DNA of 64,000 nt, taken from assembly GCF_001194135.2 (NCBI RefSeq), contig NC_068996.1, forward strand, positions 53,040,050 to 53,104,049. The letters run 5' to 3'. Below the pieces are notes generated by a model that did not search any database, was not told where the DNA came from, and was given only the letters and a program-made list of their open reading frames with translations. The translations under genes and the position numbers were made by a program. This DNA is from Octopus bimaculoides (Eukaryota). Shown one piece after another: positions 38,701-50,489 of this stretch; the stretch's first letter is position 1, and each line of letters begins with the position of its first letter.

Positions 38701-40561
38701 TATTACTTTTTTATTTATTTATTTATTTATTTATTTATTTTTTTGTGGCCGGGTGTTAAACTGAATATTAACCGATTTTCCTAAACGTACAAGGCAAACA
38801 CTTCCCTCATACAGATAAGTTCAGTGCAATATTTAATAGGCACACCCTAAGTTTCCTTTAGATTTTAGTAGGTAGGGCTACATTGAGACTGCTCTTGTGG
38901 AGATAACATAACATGTCCACTGAACGGCCACTGTAATACGGAAACTGTCGTATACGAGGCAGAGGTAACAGACAGTCTCTCAACTCACACTACCGTCTTA
39001 AAACGGAAAACCATATTGGACAGTATAGATAGATTTAAAACGTATTTTAGACGAGAATGTCACATATGGAACTCCTTTTGTTATATCAGTTGATCAACAT
39101 AGGCGAAGGAACAACGGAGAAATCTCTGTGATCGCTCGATCTGCTAGAAATAACAGTCAACTTCCTTTCAAATTACACCCTAGCCCTACCCTCTTAGCAA
39201 AGAATACAATGGATAACGCATGGATAGGGGGAGGGAGGGAGTAGAAAGCCAGATGGTGTACACAATATCAATAACAGTCACTTGTAAAACGTCTATGTCG
39301 ATAATGACAACATCCTGATAATAATGGATTGAAATTAATGGCCCAAGACTAGGGAGCTGGTCGACAGATTGCATCGACCCCAGTACTTGACTAATACTTT
39401 ACTTTATCGACCCAGAAAGGATGAAAAGCAAAAATCGACCACGACTAGATCTGAACTCAGAACGTAAACAATCGGAAGAAATGCTGTCGAGTATTTTGTC
39501 TAAAGATTCTGGCAGCTAGCCGCCTTCAACATCCTAATTAATAAAAGAATATCTCATTAATTAAAAATTTGGGGATTTAGATGAAAACAAAAGTTTGAAG
39601 CTTTATATATTTTTTCTATCGCAACTTTCTTCCAAGCTCCTTCCTTACCAAACGAAACTTAAATTCTGTTATTTGTTTCTCTATGAGGTAGAATGTTGCG
39701 ATAGTAATGTTACGAGTTAATTTAAATATAACTGATGCGTACACATCTCCGTCTATCAGTTTTCAATTTATAATCGAGTTACATAACAACTCTACTTCAA
39801 ATTTAATTAATTCCAGTAAGATAGTTTTTCCTTTTCAATTTTGTTTGCTCAGACTTATATTTGTACACAAACATCGTTAAATTAGTTTTTCTTTCAAAAC
39901 TTCTAACAAGTCTAAGCTCGATTTATCGATGTTCCAATTCTTACTTTCCCTATCCAGTCCAAAAGTATACTTTTAGAAACAAATTAAAGGCTATTAAATA
40001 ATTAGTTTTGGTCTAAATAATTTGTTGTTGTTTAGCCTCATATATATATATATACATATATNNNNNNNNNNNNNNNNNNNNNNNNNNNNNNNNNNNNNNN
40101 NNNNNNNNNNNNNNNNNNNNNNNNNNNNNNNNNNNNNNNNNNNNNNNNNNNNATATATATATATATATACCTTGATCAAGCAGTTCCAGACGTGACCCTC
40201 CAATCCTATTTTCAGAGAATATATCTAAGACAATATCTAACCATCCTTTTTAAATGGTAAGATGTGATTAGGGGGAGAATTTGGTTGCTATTTCTAGCAG
40301 TCCGAACGCTCACGAAAACACTTCCTCGTTGACTCGCCTAAACAATTTCTCTTGAAATCGGGTCAAAGCCAATTGAGTCATCGCTATAATTACGTCGAGC
40401 GATTTTTATATAAATGAATAAGAAAAAAAAAAAAGAACAATCGGAAATTATTACTAACCATGCAAACTGGTTTTCTCTTTTTTCACGTTAGATTTCTTCT
40501 TAAACAGAGGTTTTCTCTGCTTAAAATCGTCGGTAATTCGTTTCTGTTTTCGATTGACCAT
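30832..40561 (-). CDS. POLD4: DNA polymerase delta subunit 4 (p12), complete, 117 aa
   Basis: Minus-strand exons 40561-40459, 34381-34298, 32216-32105 and 30886-30832, all GT-AG, phases 1/1/2 compatible. Product: MVNRKQKRITDDFKQRK..ELKILTEFDVNWKYGPMCGITRLERWERASKFSLDPPQDVKNIILKH..SLWDQNDLLKPMIGSSAE*. FD..YGPxxGITRLERWERA is the p12 signature. Confidence 0.96.
30982..31202. mobile_element. hAT-type MITE in POLD4 intron 3
   Basis: Ends gatgcatgggcaac / gttgcccatccctg with an 8-bp TSD GTTTAAAT (30974-30981, 31203-31210). Confidence 0.8.
31205..32045 (-). mobile_element. Three tandem copies of a tRNA-derived (CORE-like) SINE
   Basis: ..gagttcaaattcc..gactttgcctttcatcctttcggggtcgataaa..aagtaccagt.. 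family. Other copies at ~12960-13260, 39340-39530, 47660-47850, 50080-50280, 51040-51290, 61670-61790 and 62820-63030. Confidence 0.8.
33186..33344. repeat. Near-perfect loopless inverted repeat of two tail-to-tail RTE-derived ends
   Basis: ~80-bp arms centred on GATC at 33262-33265, with 2 substitutions and a 3-nt indel. Confidence 0.9.
33638..33927. mobile_element. piggyBac-like MITE
   Basis: TTAA-CCCATTACCTACC ... GGGAAGTCATGGG-TTAA (TIR match 10/13). Confidence 0.65.
33987..34280. mobile_element. piggyBac-like MITE with duplicated right end
   Basis: TTAA-CCTTTTAGCATT ... AATGCTAAAGGG-TTAA, with the right end present twice. Confidence 0.7.
34472..35372 (+). mobile_element. Internally deleted mariner element
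   Basis: EQRANVKFCVKLGKSATE (HTH), GIVYQEFVPQGRTAN, DNAP and HPHFSPDLAPTDFHLF; TA at 34470-34471. Confidence 0.9.
35959..36110. mobile_element. hAT-like MITE
   Basis: TIR cactagtgtagctag / ctagctatgctagtg with a degenerate 8-bp TSD (ttcagggt / cacagggt). Confidence 0.6.
37150..37840 (+). mobile_element. Penelope-like element (PLE) RT fragment, degraded
   Basis: RFTQFNTVDVYPSMS (37294), GTFDSADVCDLAGFFIL, SIGLYKDEALA (37571), NSIGLK.VDFFD, KDISRRIS. Matches the PLE pattern FDIVDFYPSI / GSYDGAEVCELVG / GLYRDDGL. Confidence 0.8.
38312..38628. repeat. ~158-bp tandem duplication inside an unclassified repeat
   Basis: Two diverged units containing tttcattaaaag(a/t)tatccattttcc..gaaagttatga..gaaaaaatcggat. 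Confidence 0.75.
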
Positions 40562-43503
40562 TTCGAAGTATTTGCATTAAACGAAATTGTTGTTCCTCAA
40601 GAACGACAACTGCAGCGAACTTGACAATGTGGCAAGCAACGGGGTTGTCTGTGCACAGTCGTTTGACCTGCTGAACGTAGCAGTCAAATTCTCGCAAACC
40701 ATACAATTATCTTTAAAATTAAAGCGTATATCAGGTTCTTATTTTGTTTTTGGCCGGAAGAAGGGACGTGGACAAACTTTCAATGCTTTACTGCGAAACA
40801 AGTAGTAGCAGTATCCCATTATCCCATTTGTGGGTGCAGTCCCCATTGTAGATCTCTTCAGTTTGTTAAGTGGGTTGAGAAAATACTTCCATAAAATATG
40901 TCCTAATTTTGTCGTTTTTTTTTTCTGGATGATGGAGATAAGATTGATACGAGCACATACGAAGATAAAATCGCTGTTTTTTTTTGTTTTTTTTTCGACA
41001 GTAAGCAACATAGGAGGATGTTTTTGAAGCTCCTGTTCATGGAATCCATGCAAGTTTCGTGTTAGGTGTCTATGCAGCATGTGATTGACACTTGAAAGCA
41101 AAGGGTCAGGAAAAAACGAAGAGTTGCATCATTTGTGCCTGTGTTGGAAGTGATAAGAAGTAGGTCAGTCATATAAAAGAGAAAAGTTTGTGGAGAACAT
41201 CAGAATTGATGGCATATGGTCAGACTGATTTTCCATTTGCACATATCACAATTGGTGCAATTTGGCAAGAAGCAATTGATCCAAGAAATAGAAGACTGAT
41301 GAAGGCCATTGGTGAGCAGTTTTGAGAGGAGATTTGAATACCACAGTAAAAGAAAAAAAAATCTTACTTATATCAAACACCATTAACTGCTTCCACCAAA
41401 TTCATCAAAAGAGAAGCCCTCTGGCAAGTGATATAGAAGAGTTGGTCTCCAATTGATTTGGATTTATGAAAGCCATATTAATCATTATAAAATAGGTGGC
41501 TGGAAGTGCTTTTTCCATCATTTTTGGCTAGTTAGAAGTGAGAGTAATGGGTTCATTGTTGGTGAAGTTTGATAGCTTTTCTTGGGAAGGGGATATACTT
41601 CATGTTTTCAAAGATTAAAAATAGAGGTAACTCTGGGGGACATTGTTTGAGAGTAATGAAGGAGATGTTATCAGGTTCAGTGACCTTAATCTTTTGATGC
41701 CAACCCACTTACAACCACTCCAACTTCTCTGATATAAACTTCCTGTTTTAAAGTTATCTGAATTAAAACCTTCCATCAAAATTTTATGTTAATTTATGTT
41801 CCAAACACCAGCTCAACTATAAAAAAAAGTTGTTTTTTTTATACTAAATTTTCATATCTTCAAAATTAATTGAAGCTAAGGCTGTGTATTTCAATGGAAA
41901 TATGGTAATGAAAGAGTTAATGAAAATGCCTTATATTTAAAAAAATTTCAGCTGTTATGATTATTTATATTTTACAGCGATAATTCATAACAAGAGCATT
42001 GGGTGTAAGCATAGCTTTTGACTCTGTTAGTCATTTGTTAAAAAGCATAGCATACCTGACTATGAATTTATCTTTATATGATATGGGGTAAGGTACAACT
42101 GTTAGATTATAACTGTTAAACATTTACATAGTTGATTCAAGAGCTAACAATTTAATGATGTGAATCTCATTAAAAATGTCTTCAATCAGTTAAAATTACA
42201 CTGTAGTGAAGAGAAAAGTTTTAATCAGGGATGCATGCCCTTTCTTCTCCAAAGAGCTAAACCATGAATTCAATCACTGAAAGCAAGCCACAATGTATAT
42301 CATGTATTTGACCCATTCCACCATTGGAAGGATCAAATAACGCTGTAGAAAACATAGAAATATTTCAGTTCCGATATATACGTAATCACATACCAAAATA
42401 TGCATGCAGACAATCAGTGTTACATAAGGAATAATAAATTTATACATACATCTGTTTTAAATAATGTTCAAATATAATAATATACTTTACATATGAAGAG
42501 ACACGGCGAAGCAATGCAGGAACAACCTTCTTGTATGCAAGGCAGTGAGCTACTGGCAACAAGTGTCCTAAAATTCTTTAAGACATGTACTAACAAGTTC
42601 ATATCTACTATTCCACAAAAAAGGAGTGTGTTTTGATGGATATGGTGTTTTACTCAATAAAGACATGAAGGAAACTATTAAAAAGAAATATAATAATAAA
42701 AGTTAATAAATGAATACTATTATGTGTGTTTTCAGTGTGTGGTTGTGTGTGGTACAAGCATTTCGCTATGTTAATTCTCGGTTATTTTTTAAAATCAGAA
42801 AGACTTTGCAAAATGGTTTCATGGGCTGCACAAAATGCCTTCGTGGGCCACAGGTCTTGCACTGCTGGTCTTAAGTGCTAATAATTCATGTCAAGAAAGA
42901 CAAGGGGAACAACCTCAAAATGAATGGAGCGTGAAGAAAGTTTCATCTTTGGTAAGTGCAGTGACAACCATGGACATGTTTTGATTTTAAGAGACTTCCT
43001 CAGAAGAGTTGAGTTTTATTCATACTTCCCAGAATTTAGAATGACTGAGAGAAAAATAAGTTTATTTTTTTATTTTTTTACTTGTTTCAATCATTTGACT
43101 GTGGCCATGCTGGAGCACCACCTTTAGTCAAACAAATCGACTGCAGTACTTATTCTAAGTAAGCCTAGTACTTATTCTATCAGTCTCTTTCACAGGACCA
43201 CTAAGTTACTGGGACGTAAACACACCAAGGGCGATTGTAGGGGGACAAACACAAACACACATACATACATATACACATACATATACATATATATATATAT
43301 ATATATCAGTAACATCCACCCCTAGGGGTCAGCCACACTTAAGTGGCAATATACTACACTTTATCGTGCAGTTACTGTTAATACTTCATATAGAGAATTA
43401 ACATTGCTTGTTTTCACCTTTTCAATATCAGTGAAGAATGTCACTGGAAAAGAAGATATAAGGTTTTGCCAGATTTGTCTCTCTCACCAAGGTCATCAGC
43501 TGT

Positions 43504-43548
43504 CGAACGCCGACGAAGGGAAATAACCCTGAAATCCGGATACGTTCG
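43504..43548 (+). ncRNA. Type I hammerhead ribozyme motif (U4C core variant)
   Basis: Stem I CGAACG/CGTTCG, core CCGACGA, stem II AGGG-AAATAA-CCCT, GAAA, palindromic stem III ATCCGGAT, AUA triplet. Confidence 0.7.
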
Positions 43549-43974
43549 TGCTGCTGGCCGAGGTGAGAGGGATAACTCCCTTGGCAAACAGGACNNNNNN
43601 NNNNNNNNNNNNNNNNNNNNNNNNNNNNNNNNNNNNNNNNNNNNNNNNNNNNNNNNNNNNNNNNNNNNNNNNNNNNNNNNNNNNNNNNNNNNNNNNNNNN
43701 NNNNNNNNNNNNNNNNNNNNNNNNNNNNNNNNNNNNNNNNNNNNNNNNNNNNNNNNNNNNNNNNNNNNNNNNNNNNNNNNNNNNNNNNNNNNNNNNACAT
43801 ATATATATATATATAATATTAGGGAATAAAATCCAAAACTTACAGGGAAAAATTCAATTTAGCAAAACTAGTACTTTATTGATTTTTAGAATAAGGTTTT
43901 TATGATATGTTTATTTTATAGAGGGTATGAATTACATTCTTCATTATTGAATTGTTTAATAGTGTTTTTTCTCT

Positions 43975-44013
<39 letters not shown>

Positions 44014-45185
44014 TATGGGTTTCTTTCAGTTTCCATCTACCAAATCCACTCACAAGGCTTTGGTCGGCCCAAGGCTATAGTAGAAGATACTTGCCTAAGG
44101 TGCCACACAGTAGGACTGAGCCCAAAACCATGTGGTTGGGAAGCAAGTTTCTTACCACAGTTTATGAAAAAATATTCAGAATTTTAAATAATGGCATGGG
44201 ATTTGTCTCTCACGCAATTATTGACAATACTAATAATTTAACAATTCATTATAAATGTCATCATCATCATCATCATTTAATGTCTGTTGTCCATGCCAGC
44301 ATGGGCTGGACGGTTTGACCAGAGCTGACAAACCAGAGAGCTGCACTTGGTTCCAGTCTGATTTAGCTTGGTTTCTGCAGTTGGATGCTCTTCCTGACAC
44401 CAACCATTTTACAGAGTGTACTGGGTACTTTTATGTGGCACCACACAGACACTTTTACATGGCACCGCACAGACATTTTTACTTGGTGCTGCATGGACAC
44501 TTTTACATGCCACCATCAGGAGTGTGTTTTACGTGGCACCAGCCCAGGACTCTTACAGATCACACCTCAGCACCGGTGGGGGAGGGGGCAGTCTTAACGC
44601 TTCTAAATGTAATTTTAATTTATTGAAAATGTTTTTGGTTTACTACATAAAGTATTTTAGTACACACTTAATCATATGTCCTTCATGCAGAAGGCATCTC
44701 TAGGAAACTTTCCCATGGCACAGACACACATATATAACTTTACTGGACACAACACATAGTCTTTGGAAAAATTGAGTAATTGGTAACATAGATACCTGGA
44801 ATTTGATAGATATGAGATTCAAGTCTGATTCCCTGCCAAAAGCAATTCTACCAATTGCTTATGGAGACATTATTATTTATCATCTGTGATTACCTCCAGA
44901 AGCAACGCTCCACAATTGAGTGCAACGACATTTAATGAAAAAAATGGCATTGGAGGAGCAATGCATACCCTGTGTGCAGTTAAATTTTTTTTGCAAACTA
45001 TAGTGTGGCTTACAATTCGTTGCTTACCCATATTTTTTAATTGAACTGAATTTTTATTTTTGTTTTTTAAGTATCACCATTTTTTATAGGTATTTATTTA
45101 TTTATCTGTTTATTTATAGGTATTTATACTCTGGTGAAATTAAGAAATCAACTCATAAATAAACAAAACCCTTAAATCCACCACT

Positions 45186-45250
<65 letters not shown>

Positions 45251-45518
45251 CACATATCTATGCATTTATTGTTGTATGTATGTATCCACACCTATCTATG
45301 TGCATAGGTACACTATGGTCTATATATATGCAGATGAGGATCAATTCATATGAAAAAAGTGAACAAAATGAAATACTTATAGAAAATATTGCATAGAACC
45401 CATCACTGTACACACATACGCATGCACACACACACACACACATGCAAACACACACACACACATACAGTCACAGATCTATGTATGTATTTTGTATGTTTAA
45501 AGATAGTCAAACCAAATG

Positions 45519-45937
45519 CATTATTTACATTATTTACATTTGATGGATATTTGTCCTCATCTCATTTGTTGTTAACACAACGTTTCAGCTGATATACCCT
45601 CCAGCCTTCATCAGGTGTCTTGGGGAAATTTCGAACCTGGGTTCTCATTCCTAAAGTATTTTTCGATGTTATTATTATGCCCATAGGCATATGGTTTAGT
45701 ACTTAAGAGTGCGGGCTACTAACCCCAAGATTCCGAGTTCAATTCCAGGCAGTGACCTGAATAATAATAACATCAAAAAATACCTTAGGAATGAGAACCC
45801 AGATTCGAAATTTCCCCAAGACACCTGAAGAAGGCTGGAGGATGTATCAGCCGAAATGTTGTGTTAACAAACAAGGTGAGGACAAATATCAGTCAAATGT
45901 AAATAATGTAAATAATTCCTCATCTTTTAAATATAGA
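45519..45937. mobile_element. Fold-back element: ~160-bp inverted arms, each with a minimal hammerhead motif, around a tRNA-like head (45686-45757)
   Basis: Arms 45519-45677 and 45760-45916 are reverse complements with few mismatches. Hammerhead motifs at 45619-45574 (-) and 45820-45865 (+). B-box GAGTTCAATTCC. Confidence 0.85.
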
Positions 45938-45959
45938 ACTGTATAATCAAACCAAATGT

Positions 45960-46112
45960 TTATCATTTCAAGCCACTCACCCAATGAGTATTTCTGCCAA
46001 ATTTGGTGAAAATCCATTTGACCATTTTCCAGTAATTTTGCTAACACACAGACAAACAGACAAAGACAAGTGATTACAATATCCTGTTTTTGCTTCTGCA
46101 CACAGAGTAATA
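45960..46112 (+). mobile_element. Helentron-associated (HINE/DINE-1-like) 3' end
   Basis: ccaaatttggtgaaaatcc..acacacagacaaacagac.. followed by a short GC stem and gtaataa. Confidence 0.5.
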
Positions 46113-48252
46113 AAGCATGTTTTGCAATTTACTCCATACTTTTGACACAAGGCAAAACTTCTCTTTTTCACTTCACCAAACTTACACATGCACACACGCA
46201 CGCATATGCACACACACACACACACACTGTGAAATCACCTCCAGTCATTCCAAACCAGCACACCAACCAAACCCTTGATGGTGCCCTCTTCACTATCCAC
46301 TGACAATATGTCCCACAGTCAGAGTTAGCATGTCTTCTCCACCATCCCCTTTCTCTCTCTCCCTTTTCTTCCCCCCACTCTCTCTCTCCCCCTTTCTCTC
46401 TTTGTTTCTCTCCTCCAGGGATCCACTTTAATATACAGTTTGTCCCATTCCCAAGTAGAGTAAATCCTTTGACCTTACCAACTACCAACTTATTACTTTC
46501 AATTCCAACATTTCAACGATGAGGGTCACTTTTATCAGAACCATGCTATCAGAGACCTGTTCTTCTATGTCACAAGTAGATCCTTGTTTTTGAGAAATTT
46601 AGTAAAAATATGCTCTTAAGCATGACATCAGCAAACAATTCAATTATATTGTGACACAATATTTCAACACGTAATAGGCGTTGTCTCAGTTCAAAAGTGT
46701 GACTGATTTTTGAAAGACAGCAGCTGATATTGATTCATAATATCATTAGAAATGCTGTTGTCAATATATATATAAAATTTTAAAATGTTCCCATACGTTG
46801 AGAATAATACAGTCTATACTGATGGTTAGATTTAGGCATACTTTACAGAGGGTGTTGGTGTGGTATGTCTAGTATGTTTTAAACTAAACAGGTATCCATA
46901 GGATGACAACTTCAGAGAAACATTTGACAATATGCAACAGTGCTAGCTCCATAGGTTAGATAACCAGTCATCAGTGAATTGTAAGTAGAAGCTGTGTTTT
47001 CCATTGGACTTTGAGACAGTAAATGGTCCAGTGAGAACAGGCAGCAAACTCTGACGGAGTTTCAACCCAGAATGAAGGGAAATATTTCAAAATAGTCTAA
47101 GTTATCCATCTGACTTAAACTATCATCAGCATCATCCTTTAATGTCTGTTGTCCATGCTGGCATGAGTTGAACGGTTTGACCAGAACTGGCAAGCAAGAA
47201 GGCTGCACCAGACTTCAGTCTGTTTTGGTATGGTTTCTACAGTTGGATGCTGTTCCTAAAGCCAACCACTCCGAGAGTGTAATGAGTGCCTTTATGTGCC
47301 ACCAGCATGGGTGCCATTTGTGTGACACTAGCATTTGCCACTTTGCTTGATGGGAGGAGAAGAGTCTGCCAAATGTTGACCCAATTGAGGGACCAGCTAT
47401 TTGAATTCAGTGTACTTTGGTAGATAAAGTAATTAAGGATATGAAGACATATAAAAAGCTCTTGGCCCATCAGAAATCACTGCTGCGATGCTTAAAATAT
47501 CTGGTGGTGTGGGTTTGGGCCTTGTCACCCGCATCGTAAATCAGGTAGTTAACAAAGGAGTCATACCCAATGAGCAGCACCATAGTCAACTGTAACAACC
47601 TGAAACCCATCAGTGACTTTTGGGACACCCTGTATTTGCAAAACTGATGATTACGTAAAATATTTGTTTCGAATTTTGAAACAAGGCCAGCAAATTTGGG
47701 GGGAAGGTTTAATCAAATACTTCGACCTCAGTAAAGATGGAAAATAAAGTCAACCCCAGAAGAATTTGGACCCAGAACATAACGGTGGATGAAATGCTGC
47801 TAAGCACTTTGCCTACTCTGTTAATGATTCTGCTAACCCACTGCCTTTGATTATGTAAAATATTACTTTTGATATGCATTTCTGACCAGCTTTTAAATAC
47901 AAGAGTGAGTGGGGTGGGGGTGGAGGGAGAGAGACAAAGGTTCATATGTTATATTCATATTCTTAATCTATAGTTAATCCTAGATTAGTTGGCACATATT
48001 TATAATACAGAGATATTAGTACTGAAAAGGTCAACTGTTCTGCTTAAATATGAAGTAAAATCTTTTCAGTTCTATTTTGTATTTTCCCCATCTCACTGCT
48101 GGTGTTGGAGGTGGGATGGGGTGTGGAGATAGCTGTTGTGCTTTTATGTTTTCAAATAGCTACTATTTTCTTAATGCAACAACTACAACAAACAACATCT
48201 TTCAATCAGACAAAGACTTCCATGTTTTTTTATATCAACCAAAATTTATAAC

Positions 48253-48312
<60 letters not shown>

Positions 48313-48929
48313 AATGTCTGGTTGTTCCTGAAACTACCATGTATGGATGTAGCTTTATATACCGTTAAGGAAATATGAACAAATCATACTCTTTTACTTG
48401 CTTCAGTCATTTGACTGCGGCCATGCTGGAGCACCGCCTTTAGTTGAGCAAATTGACCCCAGGACTTATTCTTTGGAAGCCTAGTACTTATTCTATCGGT
48501 CTCTTTTGCCAAATTCTTTATCTAAAGTCACTACAATTGCTTTGACACATTTTTTCATCTTCAGTACATTGGTGAGATGTTGTGCAATTATCATCTTACA
48601 TCCGAGGTGTAAAATAGTCACCCTCGTCAGGTGATTGTTTAAATAAGTTCTTTGCAAGATCCTTTTGCCATAAATAATGTTGTTCATTCCAATTTCTGTC
48701 ATTAATCTATTTATATAAACCATAGGGATACTATAGAATTCCTGATGTATATCGAATTCCTGATGTATATCTAGTAGCAAGAGAATTTCTACTGTGTGAT
48801 GACATCAGGTAGCCAATTACTGGGGATGAGCTTTGTATAGCATACTAAAATGTTTTTACCTGAGTTTTACTTAACTATAACATTATACAGATATCAACAA
48901 ATGACACAAGACTGATACATGTTCTTTCA

Positions 48930-49260
48930 TTGTACACACACACACGTGCTCAGGTGCACAACTCACCAAAGGTGTTATGTACAGTAGATAGAATTATGTA
49001 GAAAAGTCAGGAAAGGGAACAGTGTATGAGTCATGATATACAGGTGTGCATGCGTATGGAGGGGGAAGGGGATGTCAGGTGTAGTGTTGGTGAATTTCAG
49101 GAAGCATGGAGGTTTTAAAGGATGCAATGTCTTGGCAACTAACAACTGATGCAGGTAGTTTGTTCCATGTTTCAGTAACTCTGAGTGTGAAAAAAATGTT
49201 TCCGAAAGTCTTGGGAGCTGTGTTCTTTTCTGACTTTAAAATGTCTTTCTTGGAGACCAG
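48930..49260 (-). mobile_element. CR1-type LINE 3' end
   Basis: FFTLRVTETWNKLPASVVSCQDIASFK motif. Confidence 0.8.
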
Positions 49261-49590
49261 CAAGGGAATACTTGAAAGTTCTTCAAATTTTTCATATTAC
49301 TTCTTGAATAGAAGTGGCTTCCTTCTTGCTGCTCTGCCATAATAGCCAAGTTTGTGGAGATTCCTGACAGCTGTTCTGTGACTGTTGCTTAAATAAATAA
49401 TAAAATAGGCGCAGGAGTGGCTGTGTGGTAAGTAGCTTGCTTACCAACCACATGGTTCCGGGTTCATTCCCACTGCGTGGCACCTTGGGCAAGTGTTTTC
49501 TACTATAACCTCGGGCCGACCAAAGCCTTGTGAGTGGATATAGAAGACGGAAACTGAAAGAAGCCTATTGTATATATGTATATATATATA

Positions 49591-49974
49591 NNNNNNNNNN
49601 NNNNNNNNNNNNNNNNNNNNNNNNNNNNNNNNNNNNNNNNNNNNNNNNNNNNNNNNNNNNNNNNNNNNNNNNNNNNNNNNNNNNNNNNNNNNNNNNNNNN
49701 NNNNNNNNNNNNNNNNNNNNNNNNNNNNNNNNNNNNNNNNNNNNNNNNNNNNNNNNNNNNNNNNNNNNNNNNNNNNNNNNNNNNNNNNNNNNNNNNNNNN
49801 NNNNNNNNNNNNNNNNNNNNNNNNNNNNNNNNNNNNNNNNNNNNNNNNNNNNNNNNNNNNNNNNNNNNNNNNNNNNNNNNNNNNNNNNNNNNNNNNNNNN
49901 NNNNNNNNNNNNNNNNNNNNNNNNNNNNNNNNNNNNNNNNNNNNNNNNNNNNNNNNNNNNNNNNNNNNNNNNNN
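49591..49974. other. Assembly gap
   Basis: N run. Other gaps at 2948-3143, 15471-15480, 24164-24173, 40062-40152 and 43595-43796, mostly next to (TA)n. Confidence 1.
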
Positions 49975-50454
49975 AAAATAGACAAAATAATTTAATCATT
50001 CAAACATACACACACAACCAACAACATAACCATAGCTGAGGAAAAAAAAAAACATAATCAAAGATGAACAAAATATTGCTTTTAAATTTTGGTACAAGGC
50101 TACCAGTTTTGAGGGGGGGGGGAGTTGATTACATTGACCTCAGTATTTCACTGGTACTTATTTTATCAACCCAAAAAGGATGAAAGACAAAGTTGGTTTC
50201 AGCAGGATTTGGATTCAGACAAAATGCTGCTATGCATCTAGCCTGTTGTGCTAACAATTTTGGCAGCTTGCCACCTTACAGTTGAACCAAATATGAAACT
50301 GAATAGGAAGAAGCAAGAATATAGTCAAAGATAACCAACCAAGAATATAACCAAATCATGAAAACCATAGAATGAAACTGAATAGAAAGAAACAAGAATA
50401 AACCCAGAAATGAAAAACTAAGAATAGACTATACAAAAATACACACTAAACAAT

Positions 50455-50489
<35 letters not shown>

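Noticed and set aside
40739-41101. 120-aa minus-strand ORF upstream of POLD4
   Set aside because: No recognisable protein; at most a faint mariner-like stretch (HRHL..P.LLT.E.K).
42736-42952. Plus-strand segment between an AG and a GTAAGT donor
   Set aside because: All frames contain stops and it includes a MITE end.
45686-45757. tRNA gene with ACT anticodon
   Set aside because: Acceptor and anticodon stems do not pair properly; treated as a SINE-type head, like the other tRNA-like heads in the window.
48600-48633. Minus-strand CTGACGA plus a 5-bp stem
   Set aside because: Followed by CGGAT rather than GAAA, with no stems I or III.
49503-50039. Long ORFs in the ORF track
   Set aside because: They run through N gaps; the same applies at 2893-3200, 39994-40203 and 43441-43829.
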